A DNA stretch of 64,000 bases from Amphiscolops sp. MND2022 (lineage: Eukaryota). Position numbers and translations under genes: made by a program. The stretch lies in contig OZ076409.1 of NCBI GenBank assembly GCA_964187785.1, positions 31,188,001 to 31,252,000 of the forward strand, written 5' to 3'. Positions 39,168-58,725 of the stretch are shown here, piece after piece; the stretch's first letter is position 1; each line of letters starts with the position of its first letter. The notes beneath the pieces were generated by a model. The model worked only from the letters and a program-made list of their open reading frames with translations. It was not told the DNA's origin and did no database searches.

Positions 39168-41178
39168 TTAGGAGCAATGTTCCTTTACGTGCATCCTATA
39201 ATTTTCCATTGTCTTGAAATTAACATTGGATACGAGTGTCGCGTGAACATAAATGTTGCTGTTGAAGTTTAGAGTTGATGTTTTGTCAACTTTGAATTTC
39301 AGGGACGTAATGACAGCTGTTCCATCCGCAACTTTGTCCCATTCGTTGCCCAATATGTGGTCCCATGCTGATGTTGAAAAAGGGCCGTCGTCTTCTTTGA
39401 TGGAGAATGTCACTGGGCCATTTGTGACACCGAACGCGTGAATCGTCGCATCAGTGCAAGGGGCAAAATCTTGCTTGATGTCTTTGACTCTGCTGCGTCC
39501 ACTGAGGGAATTCATCAGCAAGTTTTTCAGGTTAGAATATGCCCAATACACTAACGCATGGTCGTCGTATAACGGCGCGCCAGGTGCGTTTTCAACTGCT
39601 CCCAGTCTTTTTTTACAGTTACTTACAGGGACTGTTGCGTTAAAGGAAGGATCGTCCTGTTTTTCGACTTCTACGAGAAGTTTCGTCTTTAAATAGTAAA
39701 TAGAATTAATCTTCCAATCGCAGCCCAAAATTTCAACAATGTCTCCCTTGATGACGACTCCGGTGCTGATGGGGACACAAACTAGTTCTTTTCGTTCAAG
39801 TGGGGTACTTTTGAAACTCTGGGAAGGTCCACCAAATATGGCCTGGGATGGTATTGCATCAGGATTACCGAATAATTTATCGTAGTCACTATTCCAAAGT
39901 TAAAAAAATATTAGAAAAATGTTTGAAAAGTACTACAACTAACCCATTGAACCTATTTTGGTTGGTGATATGCGAATGATAATAGGTATTTTTGCCAAAA
40001 TTGAGAACTCAATTCGCTTCGGAAAAACTGAGGATAAAGCTCTTCGGAAACTTTTCCTAGTAGTATTGTCAAAAACATTTATGTATTCTACAAGAAAAAT
40101 CAAATCAACTGTACGTGCTCTTTCTCGGGAGGCTGCCAACAACTTGCAACGTTAAACTTGCAATCATTCAACCCTCATAGTCTAGCTAAAAAATAGTTGT
40201 ACCTCTTTTAAAAAAAATATTGAAGTAGTATTTTCGGTAAGCCTGCTTTACATCAGTTTTAGTCTTCTTTTTAGGCATCTTGGCGGGGATCGTGGCCTCT
40301 ATTCCGCGGGTCACCAACACCGTGACTTTTTTGCCACCAAACACCGTCTTTTTGTCGCATCTTGAAGTAACGTGTTCTTCGTCAGATTCATCCGAGGACT
40401 CGGAGTCCTCGGGTTCTTCGAATTTCACTTTTTTGAAAACGGATGCTGCCTTTTGTGACGATTCGCATCGAAGCTGGTAGTATTTGATGGGTACCAAATT
40501 CACATTTTCCAGCTGTTCTTCGAAAAAAACGTTTTCCTCTATTGGTATCACAACTGGCGATATCAACATTTCTTTACGGAAGGGATCGTTTTTCATTACG
40601 AAACCTTCTTCGATGTCCCCTATGTGTCGGACGCCGTCTTTAGCATGGGCCAGTGTGTAATGAACTTTATCGTTTCTAACACGTTTTTCTTTTATGTAGC
40701 CCAGAACATCAAGGCTCAGTGTCAGTTCAACGCTACGGCTGTAGCTTGGAATTGGCGTTTCGTTCTTTCGGATGGGCCATTTCTCTGGAAAGTCGTGGAA
40801 TTTTGGGGGTGTTCTAACGACTCCTGCTGCATGTTTTGAGTTGTAATCTAACCATTTGACTTTCGCCTGGAAACAAAAACGTTTTAAAATGTAACTCCTT
40901 GAACAAAATTCATTAGCAGTAGTGATATTTCTGAAAGCAACAAATGGCAAGTCTGAAAATCGAATATCTCTAAAACAACAGCGATTTCTGAAAAAAAATT
41001 TAGAGGATGAAAGTTTCTTAGATTTTTATGTATGTTTATTTGAAGAATAAGGATGAAAATTTAATACCTCATGAGTTCGGTGAAATTCGGTGACGTAGGC
41101 TGATCGCCAAAGTCCACATTCTTCCTCGAAACATTGCAGGAGTTCTCCGACTTTGAAATTTTTGGAGAATGTCTGCAT
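39168..41178 (-). CDS. Intron-containing gene (or two genes) with N-terminal Tudor/chromo-barrel (Royal family)-like domain
   Basis: Exon 41178-41068 (MQTFSKNFKVGELLQCFEEECGLWRSAYVTEFHRTHE, GT donor) splices in phase 0 to the AG acceptor before 40866 (AKVKWLDYNSKH...). This gives the FxVGExxxC...W..A.V.....VxW..Y pattern of Tudor-knot domains. An acidic patch and KKKTK follow. A further open exon runs ~39888-39168, but its join to exon 2 is unresolved. Confidence 0.55.
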
Positions 41179-42011
41179 TGTCTGTTTCGCACTCGGTTCA
41201 AGACTCGGTACTAGTAGTGGGTTTAAGAGGACTAAATTCAGTGTCTTTGTAGTGAAATGAGACTAATATTATGTTGCTCTAAGCAAGCTAAGTTAGCAAA
41301 AAGACTTCAACTTGAACTGACTTCAACAAAAAGTAGAATAACTTCAACTTAAACTTGTCACAGCCACAAAACCAAATTGTGTTAAATTGGTCCAGAATGA
41401 TATACCGGCCCTCGGGCGTTAATTTGAACCAATATGGTCAAAACTTAGATTTTCGGATAATCAGTTGAATTGCACAATGGAAAAATTAGTCTATTTAATG
41501 ATGCTATTCATTACTATCCAATTTATAGTAATGAATGATGCCTCCTATGATGGGGATGACCATCATTACAAGGCCCACTTCATCCAATATTCAATCTTGG
41601 TTGAAACCTAAACCACAAAACCAAATTGGGGTAAATTGTTCCAGAGTATTTTGCCGGCCCGGGGGCGTTAATTTGAACTTGATTTTCGAATAATGATAAT
41701 TATGAAGTGATTAGATAATGATGCCCTGTCCTGGCTGACTTCAAGTCACGCTGATAAGTCACGCTGATAAGTCACGCTTTAAGTTACGCTGATTGACCAT
41801 CTTACGCTGCATGACTGAAATCCATTCTACCGGGAAGTGTCTCGTAATTACATCGTAAAATCGAAAAGGGAAAAAGTTTTTGAATTCATCATTTGAAATC
41901 AATTCCTCGTCAAGTTCAGACCTCAATTTTATTCAAACTTCTCAACTATATTGTTGCAACAACCAGTTTACTAATCTCTTGAATTCGAGAATCAAACTGA
42001 AATTTTCCAAA

Positions 42012-45829
<3,818 letters not shown>

Positions 45830-46096
45830 GAGAAGCCAAATTGCATTATTTTCTAGAAATATCGAGTCCATTTTGCAGGAGGCCCGGAGGCCAATTTGCA
45901 CAGCTGAGGCCAAATTGCACAAGAGGAGGCCAAATTGCAGAGGATCTATTATTGTGCGTTTTGGAGTCTTTGCCATAGAGAGAGCATCGAGAAACCGTTT
46001 TGCACTTTTTTCGAAACGGTGCATTTGGCACCCGACAATTGTCAATAGGTCAACATGCCACGAAAATTCAAATTGGTCTCTCTACAGATAAGCCAT

Positions 46097-47075
46097 TTCG
46101 CAGACTCGAGAATCCATTTTGCACTTCTTACGTAATCATGGCTAAGCCAAATTTCATTTCGTAGTTTGCATTCGGGAATCCAATCTGCACAATCATTTTC
46201 AATACTTCAACCCAACCAAGCTCAAAAAAAGGGAAATGCAAATTGGCTTCCCTACAGATAATCCCGATGTGCTCCTTGGCTTCTCGACTCTATCCACAGC
46301 CGTTTCACACACTCGAGAATCCATTTTGCACTTCTTACGTAATCATCGCTAAGCCAAATTGCATTTCGTAGTTTGCATTCGGGAATCCAATCTGCACAAT
46401 CATTTTCATTACTTCAACCCAACTAAACTCGAAAAGGGAAATGCAAATTGGCTTCCCTACAGATAACCTCGATGTGCTCTCTGGCTTCTCGACTCTATCC
46501 ACAGGGGTGCAGTTTGGATTCTCGACGTTTCACACACTCGAGAATCCATTTTGCACTTCTTACGTAATCATGGCTAAGCCAAACTGCATTTCGTAGTTTT
46601 CATTCGAGAAGCCAATCTGCACAATCATTTTCAATACTTCAACCCAACTAAGCTCAAAAAAGGGAAATGCAAATTGGCTTCCCTACTGATAATCCCGATG
46701 TGCTCCTTGGCTTTTCAACTCTATCCACAGGGGTGCAATTTGGATTCTCGTCGTTTCGCAGACTCGAGAATCCATTTTGCACTTCTTACGTAATCGTCGC
46801 TAAGCCAAATTGCATTTCGTAGTTTGCATTCGGGAATCCAATCTGCACAATCATTTTCATTACTTCAACCCAACTAAACTGGAAAAAAGAAATGCAAAAT
46901 GGCTTCCCTACAGATAACCTCGATGTGCTCTCTGGCTTCTCTACTCTATCCACTGGGGTGCAATTTGGATTCTCGTCGTTTCGCAGACTCGAGAATCCAT
47001 TTTAAACTTCTTCCGTAATCGTGGCTAAGCCAATTTGCACTTAATAATTTGAATACGAGAATCCAATCTGCACAA
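46097..47075 (+). repeat. ~225-bp tandem repeat (~4.4 copies) containing copies of the element's TIR motif
   Basis: Units start at ~46097, 46302, 46527, 46753 and 46978. Most junctions read GTGCAATTTGGATTCTCG-spacer-CGAGAATCCATTTTGCAC. Confidence 0.9.
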
Positions 47076-47080
47076 CCATT

Positions 47081-47478
47081 GGTCACGGAATAACTGTTTC
47101 GACGTTAGTCATGGCATTTGGAACTTGGTCACGGTATCCCTTTTTCGAAGTTATTCACGGTATCGCTTTTTCGAACTTAGTCACGGGATCGCTGTTTCGA
47201 ACTTGGTCACGGTATCCCTTTTTCGAATTTATTCACGGTATCGTTTTTTCGAACTTAGTCACGGTATCCCGTTTTCGAAGTTATTCACGGTATCGCTTTT
47301 TCGAACTTAGTCACGGGATCGCTGTTTCGAACTTGTTCACGGTATCCCTTTTTCGAACTTAGTCACGGGATCGCTGTTTCGAACTTGGTCACGGTATCCC
47401 TTTTTCGAATTTATTCACGGTATCGCTTTTTCGAACTTAGTCACGGCATCCCGTTTTCGAACTTAGTCACGGGATCAC
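47081..47478 (+). repeat. ~26-bp minisatellite
   Basis: Unit approximately gtcacggtatcgctttttcgaactta, repeated ~15 times. Confidence 0.92.
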
Positions 47479-50141
47479 TGCATTCTATATCAAATTTAAT
47501 TTATAGTGCAAGTACATGTATTACATGCATCCAAATTGCATAAGCCCGTCGATTCCAGTTTGCACAACTACTTTAAGTATTGATTTCAATGACATTTTGA
47601 AGTCCTTGTAGTAGTTGGTAGTATGCCGTTAAAAAGGTTCAAGGACAAAATAAAATGGACCTGAATTTAAATGGTCATTTTCGGGAAAAACTGGTAGTAA
47701 AGAAAAATGTCGGGCTAAAGTGTAGGTTATGATAGAAAATCACAACCTTGAAACACTGACACCCATTATAATGTATTTTTAAAGAGGCTCTCAGTTAGGG
47801 GATCACATAGTATCGCCCATAACAAGACCCACGCCGAGAACGTGGCCTCTGAAGGGTCTCACAGTGTAAATTAAGAAACTAATAGAAATATACAAAATAA
47901 CTACATATTCACAAATTCTAACTACAATACATTATCAACTGGTAATCTACAGTAAGGACATCTAACTAATTCTGCATTCGCTAAACTATCTAAATACTGT
48001 CTAACACAGTCTCTACAAAATAAGTGTAATCTATGTGATACATGTGAACTCTGTAAATCTACTATTCTAGTTAGTTTTCTAGATTAATTATTTTTTCGAC
48101 AAATAATTCTAACTCCTTTGAGAAGCAGCAGCTTCCTTTATGCAATGGGCAAGATTTACAGAGATTGATTCAGCTATTTTCTAGTATAATTATGCACATT
48201 AATTAAAATATAATCATGTATTTAATAGAAGACTCAAATTTGATTGGCTGCCTGTTTCACCAATGACTTCACAGTTAAACACTTGCGATGAAAAACATGA
48301 CTGCAGGTACTTAAAAGTTTGAAAAGACTGAAGATTATAACAAGATTGCAGAAAAACGATGAATTGGTGTACATACCTTCATACGTCATTTTTAATTCAA
48401 ACATTTTGTAGGCGAAACATGTTTTGTTTGAAACCCATGATGAACATTACAAACAAAGAACATTTTCTTTTGATTGGGGGGATCAAATAATGGGTTGGTT
48501 AATTCTTGTTTCCCCATCAGCTACAGCTTGTTACAATTTCACCCAATTCCAGGAGTATAAATCACAGAAATTTCCTAATAAAACTTTTAACTACATATGT
48601 TTAATATTCAGGATGTTTGGTGAAAGTATTGATGGTTATAAATACAGTCCAAGTGTACATACGAAATACGAAATCTTTGTTCGAACAATAAACTTTTTGT
48701 CAAACAATAATGAGACAAAATTATATTATATAATATTAAAAAATTACTTTTAAGGACAGTAAATATAAAAAAAACTAATTTTGATGACAGTAAATATAAT
48801 AAAAAATTACTTTTAATGACAGTAAATAAATAAAATGTGATTTACTTGATTGATCATTTTACTTTAATGATTTTTTACTTCCTAAATTGAGAAGCTAAAT
48901 TTCAGCACTCGAAGTTGTTTAGTTGTTTGTTGACAAATATTTGGCATTTTGACTACCAAAATAATAATTAAGTACCAAGAATCAGAATAACATCATGTAC
49001 CAGAACTAAAATGTAAAAGTTTATTATATCCTAATTCTATATCTATTTATATATTTTCTAGATTTAATTTACATACAAGAGGAATAAGTTATTCATATCT
49101 ACCCGGGAATTACATCGTATATAATAAAATAATATAACATCTCTTTAAAAAAATCAAATTCTTGCTTTGATAAGACTTTCAATGCATTTTTTTAAAAAAA
49201 AATATTAGACCTTACTTTGCTCAGAGTAGCCTTATTCTGATAAAAAATAATCTAATCCAATAATGTCATTTTTTTTAACAAAAATGTATCGAAACTTCTG
49301 TGGCGACAATCGTTCAATTTTGCATTATTTTCGAAATTATTCGTAAAAAGATAACAATAATTGATTGTACTTTCTGCAGTTTTCTATTATATTGTTGATG
49401 AAAAAACACGTAAATCTAATTTGCAGTTGAAGAAATAAAAAATATTCAACCAAATAACTAACTTTAATCAGTTTCTAGGAACTTAATTTTTGGATTTCTT
49501 TTCATTCTTTTTAACGAAATTGTTAAGATCATTTGGAATTTAAAATAATTCAAAACTTGATAAGTCAAAATCGATTGGAACAAATTCAATTTCAAGGTTA
49601 CCTAAACTATACTATTTAATTATTTATCTTTGATAATAAAACAATATTATAACAATAACGTAGAACTGTATTATACTATTTGAATATATTCAAAGTTCCA
49701 AGTGAAAACAGTAAGCATTCAAATAAAATGTAAATGGAGGAACTAAGTTGAAAGGGAATGACGTAAATTTGAAAGTGAATGACAAGTTATTCAATTTTGA
49801 ACAAGAGGAAATTCACCGAAATTCAATATGCAGTGAGTGTATGCAGTGGTGGTGACGTCAACCACGTGTTCAGTTCAGCGCCACACACACGCGCGCGACT
49901 GTACTTATTACACGTTGAGTGCGAAGTACGTGTATTACGTACACAATGTAGCTGACCAGCACTGTCTGAGCAGTGGTAGAAAGTACCGTAGTACTTTTCA
50001 GTTTAACTCAGCCATTATTCATCTTCTGTGAAGTATACATTTTCATTTTCATTTGAGTGTAAAATTAAAAAGATTTTATTTCATTTATCAAGAATATTTG
50101 TACCATTAATTAAAACAACATCCTGTGCCAGGGAATAAACG

Positions 50142-50437
50142 TAAATCGTAAACGAAGAGAGTTAGAAGATTTTTATTGTCATATTTGGACTCGTATAGAA
50201 GTTGATTCGGGAGGAGTGCGGCTGCACAATCTCCACTTGGGTCGACGTTGTTGCCCCCCAAGCCCCCATTGCCCAACTGCAGTAGTGACGTCACTCCTGT
50301 AATTGAGCAGTTGGGCCTCGAGGGTCAACAACGTCGACCCAAGTGGAGATTGTGCAGCCGCACTCCTCCCGAATCAACTTCTATACGAATCCAAATATGT
50401 CATTAAAAATCTTCTATCTCTCTTCGTTTCCGATTTA
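50142..50437. repeat. ~300-bp imperfect palindrome (foldback/MITE-like)
   Basis: Arms 50142-50253 and 50326-50437 are near-perfect reverse complements. The symmetry axis lies in AGTGAC|GTCACT. Confidence 0.9.
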
Positions 50438-51718
50438 GATATAATTAATATTTTTATATTTAATACAAATATATTTGAAATAATATATTATATATTATAA
50501 ATTAAATAAAAAAAAAAAGTTTTACATGTATTTCATTAGATCGGTCGGATATATAAAAGTTCGAATATAACGTTTTACTGAATAGAACTTTTGGTCTCAC
50601 ACAATTTTGGACAAAACTTTTATTATGCTTATTTCTAGTCAGCAACAAATATATTTATTTTTATAGAAACAACACAACATTTTTGGAAATATATCTTTTT
50701 TCCCTCCCGAAATACACCTTTTTTTGTATCATCTCAACCCCCCCCCCCAATACGAAAGGTTTTCTGTCTTATAAACCTTATAAACCCAACTCTGTCTTAT
50801 ATTAATAACATAACCTTCTTACAGATGAAATTTGTAGTTGAAATTTGACTGTCTATCAAGCTGAACTGAATTTAACTGGTGGAACTCTCGGCCAATAAGA
50901 AAGCGCCATTGTGCAGGTTATCATAAATGCATCGAATTATTTCATATTTATAATTCAATATTTATAGACAACATGAGCCGATTCCATTTCTAGTTACTAT
51001 TTGATCCTCAAACTGAGAACCTCTCGAAAAATACCTTATACTTGAATTATAAGTCGTTAATAAAAATATAAATTACTTTATTAAATTATTATAGGATTTG
51101 AATTTACAATTTACAATTGGTTTTTTATGAAGTACCTGCAATGGCAAAACTGTCTATTTATAAAATGGCAATAAAATTGCAAAAAATCATCTACATAATA
51201 TATTAATAACATAATATAATTGTAAAATAAAATAATACAATTGTATATTGATACAAATATACAGTTCCAAATGATTATAGCAACAAACCCACCTCCCAAA
51301 TATATTGGATATAAAACTGAATTTCCATCTTTGAGCAACAAATTTACAACTTTCGAGAATACCACCAGGAAGTAAATATGAAATTAAAGCCAGCCAGTGT
51401 TTTCTTTCCTACAACTTCGGTAACAATAATTTGATGTGCAAACTGGCCTCTTTCTCAACTAGCCGGGGTGGTGCAATTTGGCTTCGACGTTCTGAACTCG
51501 ACGGCGAGTCGCTAAAGATGGGTTAAAAAAAGTCGATTTTTTTTCACGAATGGACGTTTTTTGGGCGTTTTGCATGTTTGGTAAAAAATTTTTCTCCAAC
51601 TCTTTCGGGAAGATGCTTAAATCATGGATGCCAAATTGCACGGCCAATTTGCAGGGGGGTTTTGTGCAAATCGGACTGTCGATTGAAATCAAGGGGTGCA
51701 ATTTGGATTCTCGGAGTA

Positions 51719-54399
<2,681 letters not shown>

Positions 54400-55053
54400 G
54401 TAACTCTCAAGTGACCGAGACGCCTGAAAGTCCTACCCTCTTTTGAAACTTGAAGTGTAATCATTAGTGAAGATGATCTTAGTACAGTAGCGTGATTTTA
54501 AAAAAATGCCCGGCCTGCCTCTACACTGAGCGTTATCATAATTGATCGATTGCATATTTGCTCAATTTCAACTGATTATATATTTTCAACACTTTCAACT
54601 GATATCATATTTCAACATATTTTCAACTAATAACTCTTTTTCAAATAGTTTTTTTTTACCGAAGACAGTATTTTTCTTCCTTACATGACGATGATACGTA
54701 TGATACTAGTGGAGTCTCTCATAAATTAAAAAAATGTTTTCAGGACATCCAAAGAAGTTTTTTTTGAATTTTTGAATTACGTTTCGAGTTACTTGGTTTT
54801 TTTTCTCTGGGGTTAACGCTTTATCGCATAACGAGACAAACCGGTAAAATAGGTTTCAGGCACGCAGCTGTATGATCTCGGACATTTCAAAAAGTCTGTC
54901 GGAAGTTTGCAATTTGTTTTTTCTTCTTCTACCGTGACGGTCACTTCTGGTGGCAATCATAACTTTTGAAATTGTTTTCATAATCATTAAGCCAGTATCA
55001 TCGTTTTTGTGATTTGTTGCTGGTTTCTTGCTTAAACAGGTTTTGTATTTCAG

Positions 55054-58000
55054 ATCGAAATGATACAAAAACCAATCATCACTTATGCTGGCATCAATTA
55101 CGTGAAACTCACATTCCTGAACGTCTTGTTCCCGAATGTGTTCCTGCTGGAAAGCAATGACTGCCTTCTTCCCAATGATCGCAGAAAGGCTACAGATTTC
55201 CTCAAGAAGCATTTAAAAGGTTTATTTTCTTTCCTTTTTTAATCAAAAACATAACTAGAGATCGTAAACGTAATCGTCCAAAACGTGGTTGTGAGATGTA
55301 AGGAATGCACTTGAGCATAGCATTGTAGTTAATCGTTCGTGGCACGTTTTGATTCATGATTGTTGCAGGACTGAACGTAAACTTCTCTGATGTATACAAG
55401 CCCCATGGATTCAAAGAAAGGTGTCCTTTGTTGCGCGAAGACGTATTCGATTTATTGATAATATCTGCACCTCCATCATTGATTCCCTGGACGACTGAAA
55501 GAGTTGGCTATATACGACAATTTTTCCCTTCGTTGCCCATTCCAGACTCAACCTCTTTTTTAACAATTCAAGTTGACGCTATTTTTTCACAACAGTCATT
55601 GGAAACAGGCGTTTCGCTGCAGAATTTTTGGAGCTCTTCTTTGAAGACTATATCAGAATCAGAAATTGCATTGGGTCATTTTATTGAAACTCTCAAGCAG
55701 TTTTTCACAAGTCAAACTTTGAAAATCAAGAAAAAAACACCTTAGTTCATAAACTTCTTCATCTATTTCTGCCAAACTTGTTTTGCCTTGAAAGGGAAGA
55801 CATTCAAATGGAGATTCAATGCCTACTTACTCTCAGTAATCCTCAGGATCTTTTAGTCAAAATACGTCGACTTATACAATGCCCTTTCATCAAATCCACC
55901 ATTCTCCCTTCAAGACGTGAACTTCAAGCAATCACAAATAAATTGAACGAAGATTTCAGATTAATACTTACTCCCAGAAGAACCCCCACTGGGTTCCGTG
56001 TTAATCTTGTTACATTTGTCAGATTCGTTGCCTGCAATTTGTATAACAAGACCAGCTTAGTCGGCTTGAGAGTCGACATTTATGGTGATGCAATGTCTCG
56101 GGGAAAAAAGACGTCGTACGAATGGCCTTCCGAATTTTGCAAAGCGGCATCGAAACTGAGCAATCCTCAACCCATGTCTTCACGTTTGCTGTGTTTCAGG
56201 TGAGTCGTTCAAGTTTTAATCTAATTTTAACTTTATTAACTTGATTTTAACTTCATTCTAACTTGATTTCTATTGTGAGCTACATCAAAATGTTTATTGA
56301 GAACCTAATTTTGGTCCCTGTTGTGAGCTACACTTAATAGTTTAGTGGTCACCACCACTAAAAACTCTGAGAACATTCGTGCGTTACGGTAACGCAAATC
56401 TAAATTTGGTCCCTGTCGTGAGTTACACTTAAATGATTACTTAGTAGTTGGAAAACCAATTTGGTCCGTCTTGAGCAGCACTCAAATGTTTTGTTGATAT
56501 AATTCTAAATTTTTCCCTGTTGTGAGAAACTGGAAGTTGAAATATGAATTTTTGGAATGTTTCCCAGGGTAAAGATGTGCGAATCAACCTGGAATACAAT
56601 CTCGCCATGTCAGAAGTGCTTGGACGCCCTGGATGGCTATACAACGAAACAAAGGCCTTGCATGATGAAGGTGCTATACTGAGTTGCTCGGGTGATTCAC
56701 CATTCCAACTGCGTCTTTTAAAAGGTGTTAGCAGTGATGTCTCTTGTCCGTCAGAGATGTGTCTTTATGTCAGTGATCCTGCACATATTTCGAATCCACC
56801 AGTGAAACAGACAAAAAAAGACACCGCTGAATATAAGAAAGAAATGGAAGGAAGGGGGGTGATTCTTCCGTCAACTGTCGATTATGCTACTGGCCGAAGA
56901 ACAGAACTGATCATTGACATCAACGAATGCATCCCAAAAGACTCTCTCATTTTTCTCAAATCCACTTTCAATACATGCCCTGATTTGCTGCATATGGTTG
57001 TCCGTTCAGTCGAAAGTGACTTGAAGTTGCATGTGGACTCGATGTTGCTGTTGAAAGACCATGCAGCAATATGTAGACTCGAATGTAACATAACGGAACG
57101 AAATGTGAAACCGCCGAGATTCAAGTTTGAGATCGTTGAAAAACTCTGCAAGGCTGTATCTCTCAGTTTCAGAGACGCCGAAGTCATAATATCCGACTGC
57201 AACAGAATCAGCGACTATGGCCGATCAGACTGCCCAATTTTTGAAGGTGTGTATTCATTCGAAACACCTCATGTCTACAAAGCTGACCAAACAACCTCTA
57301 CAACGTCTTATAACGTGTTGATATCATTGGTTGATGGGTTGGAGACATCTTTCACAAAAGGAGTGGGTATTTCTGTTCGGAAACTGGCTGACCTCCAATT
57401 CCAATCTCTTTACCAGTTACTTGATTTGCTTCCACAGAGAGAATTCAAAGACATTTCAAAGTGTAAAGATCTCTATGAGATTTATTACCAGTCAACTTTA
57501 TGTCTTTTCGGTGATCGTGCGTTGACGCCATACAAATTGAAACTGGATATTTTACTCAGACTTTTTGAGAAGGGTGAGCTTCTGTCTCCATTTTATTACA
57601 TGACAGAAGGAACTGAAAAAAGCCACCACACGGCAGCCAAAGACTACAATACGAAGACAATGCGTGATGGTGGCAATGATGCTTGGAACATGTCATCCAG
57701 TTATCTCGATATTCAGTTTTCCTTCTACCGTGCAATTGATTTATGTTCTTCAAAGTCTTCGACACTTGAATCTTACCGGAAGTTGTATGGAAAAACCGAC
57801 GTGACAAAGACGTATCTTGAAATTTGCTGTGAACCCATTCCAGAATCTGAACTTGACTATCTTAGAACTGAAGACATGTTTAGAGGTATGCACTTTGTCA
57901 TTCTTGGAACATATGGTCACCTGAAAGAAACTCAAGCGAGTCTTGAGAAGAAGATCACTGAAAATGGAGGAAATGTTGTTTCCAATGTAGACATCATCAA

Positions 58001-58394
58001 CAGAAGCAAGCTGAATTTTTTGAGCCATCACTATTGCATTTTACCAAATCGAAATTGTATCGACGCATTCATTAAAGGTCAACAAGGTAAAGAAAAAGCT
58101 GCAACGAAAGCGCTTTCCAATACGATACTCGGTAACTGGATTTACTTGAACGCTGAATTTGTAATCGCTTGTGTACAGAAGAAGTCTTTGATTGAACCCA
58201 AAGGCTATGTTTTTGAAGTAGATGAGTCTGCGAGAGCCAAATTCAAAACGATGAAGTACATATCTATGGCCCCACAATTACAACGTCAATCAAACCCCCT
58301 ACGACATGGTTCATTAACTTACCACACAGCAATGCGGAAGTACAAGAACGCACTAAAAAAGGCCACATTGAAGAGAAAACTAGACGACGTTTAA
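55054..58394 (+). CDS. RAG1/Transib/CMC-type DDE transposase with C-terminal BRCT domain (5' end unresolved; two 1-nt shifts in A-runs)
   Basis: Exons ~55054-55219, 55369-56199 and 56568-58394 have phase-compatible GT-AG introns. Motifs are VDIYGDAM (D1, 56087), CSGDSPF (D2, 56694), CPDLLHMVVR (DxxH) and LTPY...YMTEGTEKSHH...KTMRDGG (E, 57615), paralleling RAG1 CDGM / GYDEK / IDALH / ITNY...ASEGNES. The BRCT-like part is FRGMHFVILG...LEKKITENGGNV...YLNAEFVIACVQKKSLIEPKGY. Confidence 0.8.
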
Positions 58395-58725
58395 TACCTA
58401 AAAACTTACTTATTTTATTACTAATTCAGTAGACAAGGTCCCTTTGACCGCTTCATTGTCAATTCAGTGCTATCTACTAGGTGAACCAAAGAAAATGGAA
58501 TGTACAAAAATTTTTCGAGTTTACATTCCCCCTGTTACCTTATTTACTATTGAATGATCTATGACAGTTGTCTCAGGAATGATCTATGAGGACGTGTGAC
58601 TTCCTGGAATAGCGTGACTTGTTGTGAGTTGTTGGATGTATATATTTGACAATCATTTTATAGTTAATTTCATACAATATTGAATGGTGTATAACTTATG
58701 AGCGAATTTTTTCAGTTGATATTAA

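Noticed and set aside
45830..46091. C-terminal extension of the 575-aa SET ORF after the poly-Thr
   Set aside because: It is read-through into the inserted element's terminus; the original tail is probably at 54398-54446.
47081..47478. CRISPR-like appearance of short repeats
   Set aside because: The units are directly tandem with no unique spacers, there are no cas genes, and the context is eukaryotic.
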